Origin: Myxococcota bacterium
Lineage (GTDB): Bacteria; Myxococcota_A; Polyangia; Polyangiales; Sandaracinaceae
DNA: 64,000 bases
Assembly (NCBI GenBank): GCA_036149055.1
Contig: JAYZQJ010000033.1
Coordinates: 1 to 64,000, forward strand
Direction: 5' to 3'
Under the pieces are notes generated by a model. That model had not been told where the DNA came from. It searched no databases and was given only the letters and a program-made list of their open reading frames with translations. Below are positions 60,695 to 64,000 of the stretch, piece after piece (position 1 is the stretch's first letter; each line of letters opens with the position of its first letter). A program made the translations under genes and the position numbers.

Positions 60695-62914
60695 ATGAGA
60701 CTCGGATCCCGACTTACTTGGACTGGTGTCGCGCTCGCCGCGCTCGTCTGCGTGGGCTGCGATGGCGGAGACGCCCCGGCCGCGCCGAGCGTCGACGCGC
60801 TGCCCGAGGTGACCAACCAGAACCCGCTGACCGTGACCGGCAGCGCCGAGTCCGGCGCGCTGGTCCAGATCCGCGTCGGCTCGGGGAGCCCCACCGAGGG
60901 CACCGCCGGCGACGACGGCGCCTTCTCGATCGACGTGACGCTGAACGCCGAGGTGGAGAACACCTTGCTCGTGTCGCAGACGGTCGGCGGCGTCGAGAGC
61001 GAGGCCACCATGGTGACCGTCACCCACGACGGCACCCCGCCCAACGCGCCGCAGCTCGACCCGATCGTCACCCCGACGCGCCGCTCGATGCAGCGCCTCC
61101 GGGGCCAGTCCGAGGCGGGCGCGACCATCACCGTCACCGGCGGGACCGAGGACGCCGAGGCCACCGCCGACGCGGACGGCCGCTTCGAGGTGACCGTCTC
61201 GCTCGCGACCAGCGACACGATGGCCGTCGACAACGCCATCGCCGTCGTCGCCACCGACGTGGCGGGCAACGAGGGCCCGGCGACCGACGTCACGATCGTC
61301 TACGACCCGACCCTCCCGCTCGAGGCGCCGGTGCTCGACGACTTCCCGGGCTTCACCAACAGCGCCACGATCACCCTCACCGGTGAGGCGGAGGCGGGCG
61401 TCGGGATCAGCGCGGTCGGCGCGGGCACCGACGGCATGACGACCGTCGGCGACGACGGCACGTTCTCGGTCGAGATCGGCCTGCGCCCGAACCAGCGCAA
61501 CGAGGTGCTGCTCTTCGCCGTCGCCGGCGGCGAGACGAGCGCGGCCGCGAGCGCGGTCATCGTGCACGACGACGTGGCGCCCAACGCGCCGAGCCTCGAC
61601 CCGCAGGCGTCGCCCACCGGCGCGGAGACCATCCGCATGACCGGCGAGGCCGAGCCCGGCGCGACCGTCGACGTCACCGGCGGCATGGCCGACGCGAGCG
61701 GCGCCGCCGACGACGAGGGCTTCTTCTCGGTCGACGTGATGCTGAACCTCGACACCGACAACACGCTCAGCGTGACGGCGACCGACCCGGCGGGGAACGC
61801 GAGTGACCCGACCGAGCTGATGATCACGCAGGACAGCAGCCTCGAGGAGCCGGTCATCGTCGACCCGGTCAGCTCGCCGACGAGCGACCCGACCGTGACC
61901 CTCACCGGGCGCGCCCAGGCGGACAGCGCCATCGAGATCACCGGCGGCGCGGACACCGTCAGCGCGATGAGCGACGCGAGCGGTGACTGGACGGCGATGG
62001 TCACCCTGCGGGCCAACACCCGCAACGAGCTGCGCATCACCCGCCCCGGCAGCGGCGTCGACACCATCGTCACCATCGAGCACGACGACGTGGCGCCGAT
62101 GGCCCCGGAGCTGAACGACCTCGCGAGCCCGACCGGGAACACGACGATCGACGTCACCGGCACCTCCGAGCCCCGCGCGCGCATCAGCGTCAGCGGCGGC
62201 GTGATGCCGGCGAGCGGCACCGCGGGCATGGACGGCCGATTCAGCGTGCCCACCCAGATCGCCGAGGACAGCGAGACGACCCTGAGCGTCATCGCCACCG
62301 ACCGCGCGGGCAACTCGAGCGCGCCGAGCATGGCGACCGTGACCCACTCCAGCTCGACGCCCCCGGCGCCGCGCGTGGACCAGGCCAACCCGGCGCCGAC
62401 CAACATGCCGACCCACGTCGTCACCGGTCGCGTCGAGATGCCCGGCGCGGGGATCGAGATCGTGATCCGCGGCGGCATGGCCGAGGCGACCGGCCCGACC
62501 GACCCGAGCAGCGGCACCTTCTCGGTCGAGGTCACCCTCAACCCGAACACCGAGAACACCCTCATGGTGGTCTCCCGCGAGGGCTCCATCGAGAGCCCGG
62601 CGACCCCGGTCACCATCACCCACGACGACATCGCGCCCGCGACGCCGAACGCCTCGAACATCACGGCGTCGGCCGGGGGCTGCGTGCTCGGCGTCCCCAC
62701 CGGCGGGAACGTCTCGGGCATGATGATGAGCGTCGAGGCGCGCTCGACGGTCCGCGTCGAGAACGTCACCCGGAGCACCAGCGCGACGTCGACCGCGACC
62801 GACGCCGGCTCCTTCAACGTGTCCCTCGGGGCGTGCAACGGAGACGTCATGCGCGTCACCGCCAGCGACGCCGCGGGGAACACCAGCGACTTCGTGGAGG
62901 TCAACGCGAGTTGA
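60695..62914 (+). CDS. Lipoprotein with about 8 bacterial Ig-like repeats (adhesin-like)
   Basis: GGAGG RBS; lipobox CVGC; repeated TGxAExGAT...ATDxAGN units. Confidence 0.85.
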   Translation: MRLGSRLTWTGVALAALVCVGCDGGDAPAAPSVDALPEVTNQNPLTVTGSAESGALVQIRVGSGSPTEGTAGDDGAFSIDVTLNAEVENTLLVSQTVGGVESEATMVTVTHDGTPPNAPQLDPIVTPTRRSMQRLRGQSEAGATITVTGGTEDAEATADADGRFEVTVSLATSDTMAVDNAIAVVATDVAGNEGPATDVTIVYDPTLPLEAPVLDDFPGFTNSATITLTGEAEAGVGISAVGAGTDGMTTVGDDGTFSVEIGLRPNQRNEVLLFAVAGGETSAAASAVIVHDDVAPNAPSLDPQASPTGAETIRMTGEAEPGATVDVTGGMADASGAADDEGFFSVDVMLNLDTDNTLSVTATDPAGNASDPTELMITQDSSLEEPVIVDPVSSPTSDPTVTLTGRAQADSAIEITGGADTVSAMSDASGDWTAMVTLRANTRNELRITRPGSGVDTIVTIEHDDVAPMAPELNDLASPTGNTTIDVTGTSEPRARISVSGGVMPASGTAGMDGRFSVPTQIAEDSETTLSVIATDRAGNSSAPSMATVTHSSSTPPAPRVDQANPAPTNMPTHVVTGRVEMPGAGIEIVIRGGMAEATGPTDPSSGTFSVEVTLNPNTENTLMVVSREGSIESPATPVTITHDDIAPATPNASNITASAGGCVLGVPTGGNVSGMMMSVEARSTVRVENVTRSTSATSTATDAGSFNVSLGACNGDVMRVTASDAAGNTSDFVEVNAS

Positions 62915-63004
62915 TCGGCCATGGAGCGGCGGTCCCGTCCGCGGGACCACCGTCCCCCCAACCCAGCCGTCGGGGAGACCCGACGGTCCCACACCGCACC
63001 ACTC

Positions 63005-63038
63005 GGGCCCGGTAGAGGTTTCGGCCTCTACCGGGCCC
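63005..63038. terminator. Perfect 14-bp hairpin after the Ig-like gene
   Basis: GGGCCCGGTAGAGG-TTTCGG-CCTCTACCGGGCCC. Confidence 0.6.
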
Positions 63039-63049
63039 ACTAAATTCTG

Positions 63050-63320
63050 GCTGGAGGGTTTGATGCAAACCCTCCCCCCATGGGGCGAAGCGCCCATGGG
63101 GCCCCCCTCCCGACTCCGTCGGGACGTCGCGCTTCGCGCTCGTTCCGCGACCCCAGCGCGGGGCGCTGGGGGCCCTGCGGCTCGCGCTCGCGCTTCGCGC
63201 TCGCTGGCCGCCTTGTCCGGGTGGCGCCCCACTCGCGCTTCGCGCTCGCTGGCCGCCTTGTCCGCCCGCGCTTCGCGCTCGCTGGCCGCCTTGTCCGGGT
63301 GGCGCGCCGGCCCCTCCCGA
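63050..63320 (+). repeat. Dispersed structured intergenic element, copy C, with an internal 31-bp triplication
   Basis: Homologous to copy B; CGCGCTTCGCGCTCGCTGGCCGCCTTGTCCG at 63189, 63234 and 63267. Confidence 0.85.
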
Positions 63321-63482
63321 CGCCTCCTCCCGAACCGATCGCAGGCTGGTGAGCGGGGACGATCCTATTCGTTTCATCGATCTCCGCCGGGCTGGGGGCG
63401 AATTCGACGCCCTCGTGGTCAACGCAGATCAGGGGAGGAAGGAGGCGGGAGGCGAGGAGGAATAGCTAGGCCCGCTCTCGGC

Positions 63483-63685
63483 CCGCTGCCGCTGCCGGCC
63501 TCGCTGCCGCCACCGCTGCCGGTCTCGCTGCCGCTACCGCTGCCGGTCTCGCTGCCGCTACCGCTGCCGGTCTCGCTGCCGCTGCCGGACTCGCTGCCGC
63601 TGCCGGCTTCGCTGCCGCTGCCGGTCTCGCTGCCGCTGCCGCTGCCGGCTTCGCTGCCGCTGCCGGTCTCGCTGCCGCTGCCACT
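63483..63685. repeat. Hexamer-periodic tandem repeat (CCGCTG/CCGGTC/TCGCTG)
   Basis: Directly visible, about 200 bp. Confidence 0.85.
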
Positions 63686-63808
63686 AAACGATCCCATTCG
63701 TTCATCGAGCAGCGGCGGCGACTCGGCGGGTCAGCTCGTGTTCGAACCGGCGGGGAGAGTCCTCGAAAGGCACTTGGATGATGGCGAAGGTTGGCCATAT
63801 TGAACCCC

Positions 63809-64000
63809 ATGCGACGACTTGGATTCGGAAGACTCAGCGCGCCGTGGAGCCTCTCGGTGGTGGCGCTCGCGCTCACTGGCTGCTCGAACCTCTTGGCCTT
63901 CGATCTCTCCGTGCAGCTCGCGGAGCAGCGGGTGGAGGGGAGCCCGATCGGGGGGCTGCTCGGAGGGTTCTTCGAGCTGCCCATCCCGCTCGACGTGGAC
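63809..64000 (+). CDS. Lipoprotein, partial (runs off the window)
   Basis: MRRLGFGRLSAPWSLSVVALALTGC lipobox. Confidence 0.65.
   Translation, partial: MRRLGFGRLSAPWSLSVVALALTGCSNLLAFDLSVQLAEQRVEGSPIGGLLGGFFELPIPLDVD

Noticed and set aside
63189..63297. Possible CRISPR array (31-bp repeat x3)
   Set aside because: Linkers are only 14 and 2 bp, there are no cas genes, and the repeat is part of the dispersed element

Overview
Very GC-rich window from a myxobacterium, probably Polyangia/Sandaracinus-like. This is inferred from a MYXO-CTERM-type protein, an FHA-sigma54 activator, TM Ser/Thr kinases and Cys-rich lipoproteins. 1-33 kb is mostly core genome: plsC, truA, asd, TolC, NUDIX, Sua5/YciO, apaG, tRNA-Glu x2, tRNA-Gln, DUF2849-cysI-DUF934, VanW, coaBC, glyA and trpE. 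It also holds signalling and redox modules: a cytochrome c peroxidase-like/DAHL kinase/sigma54 regulator operon, two paralogous hybrid kinases, a diheme cytochrome/beta-helix pair and a PNGase F-like lipoprotein. tRNA-Asp (32896-32969) is an integration site: a 6.7 kb integrase-less islet ends at a 66-bp duplicate of the tRNA 3' end plus terminator, and accessory, immunity-like genes continue to about 49 kb. 49-64 kb holds a CheX-PAS-GGDEF-EAL protein and a kinase/FHA-sigma54 locus. Best leads: (1) a sigma54 regulon readable in the DNA, with two near-identical -24/-12 promoters each preceded by tandem 21-bp palindromes and offset by one helical turn; (2) a peroxidase homologue lacking both canonical catalytic residues, coupled to a DAHL kinase; (3) a three-copy structured intergenic element showing covariation. 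All family assignments come from motif recognition by eye, not database searches. No CRISPR array, prophage or rRNA was seen.
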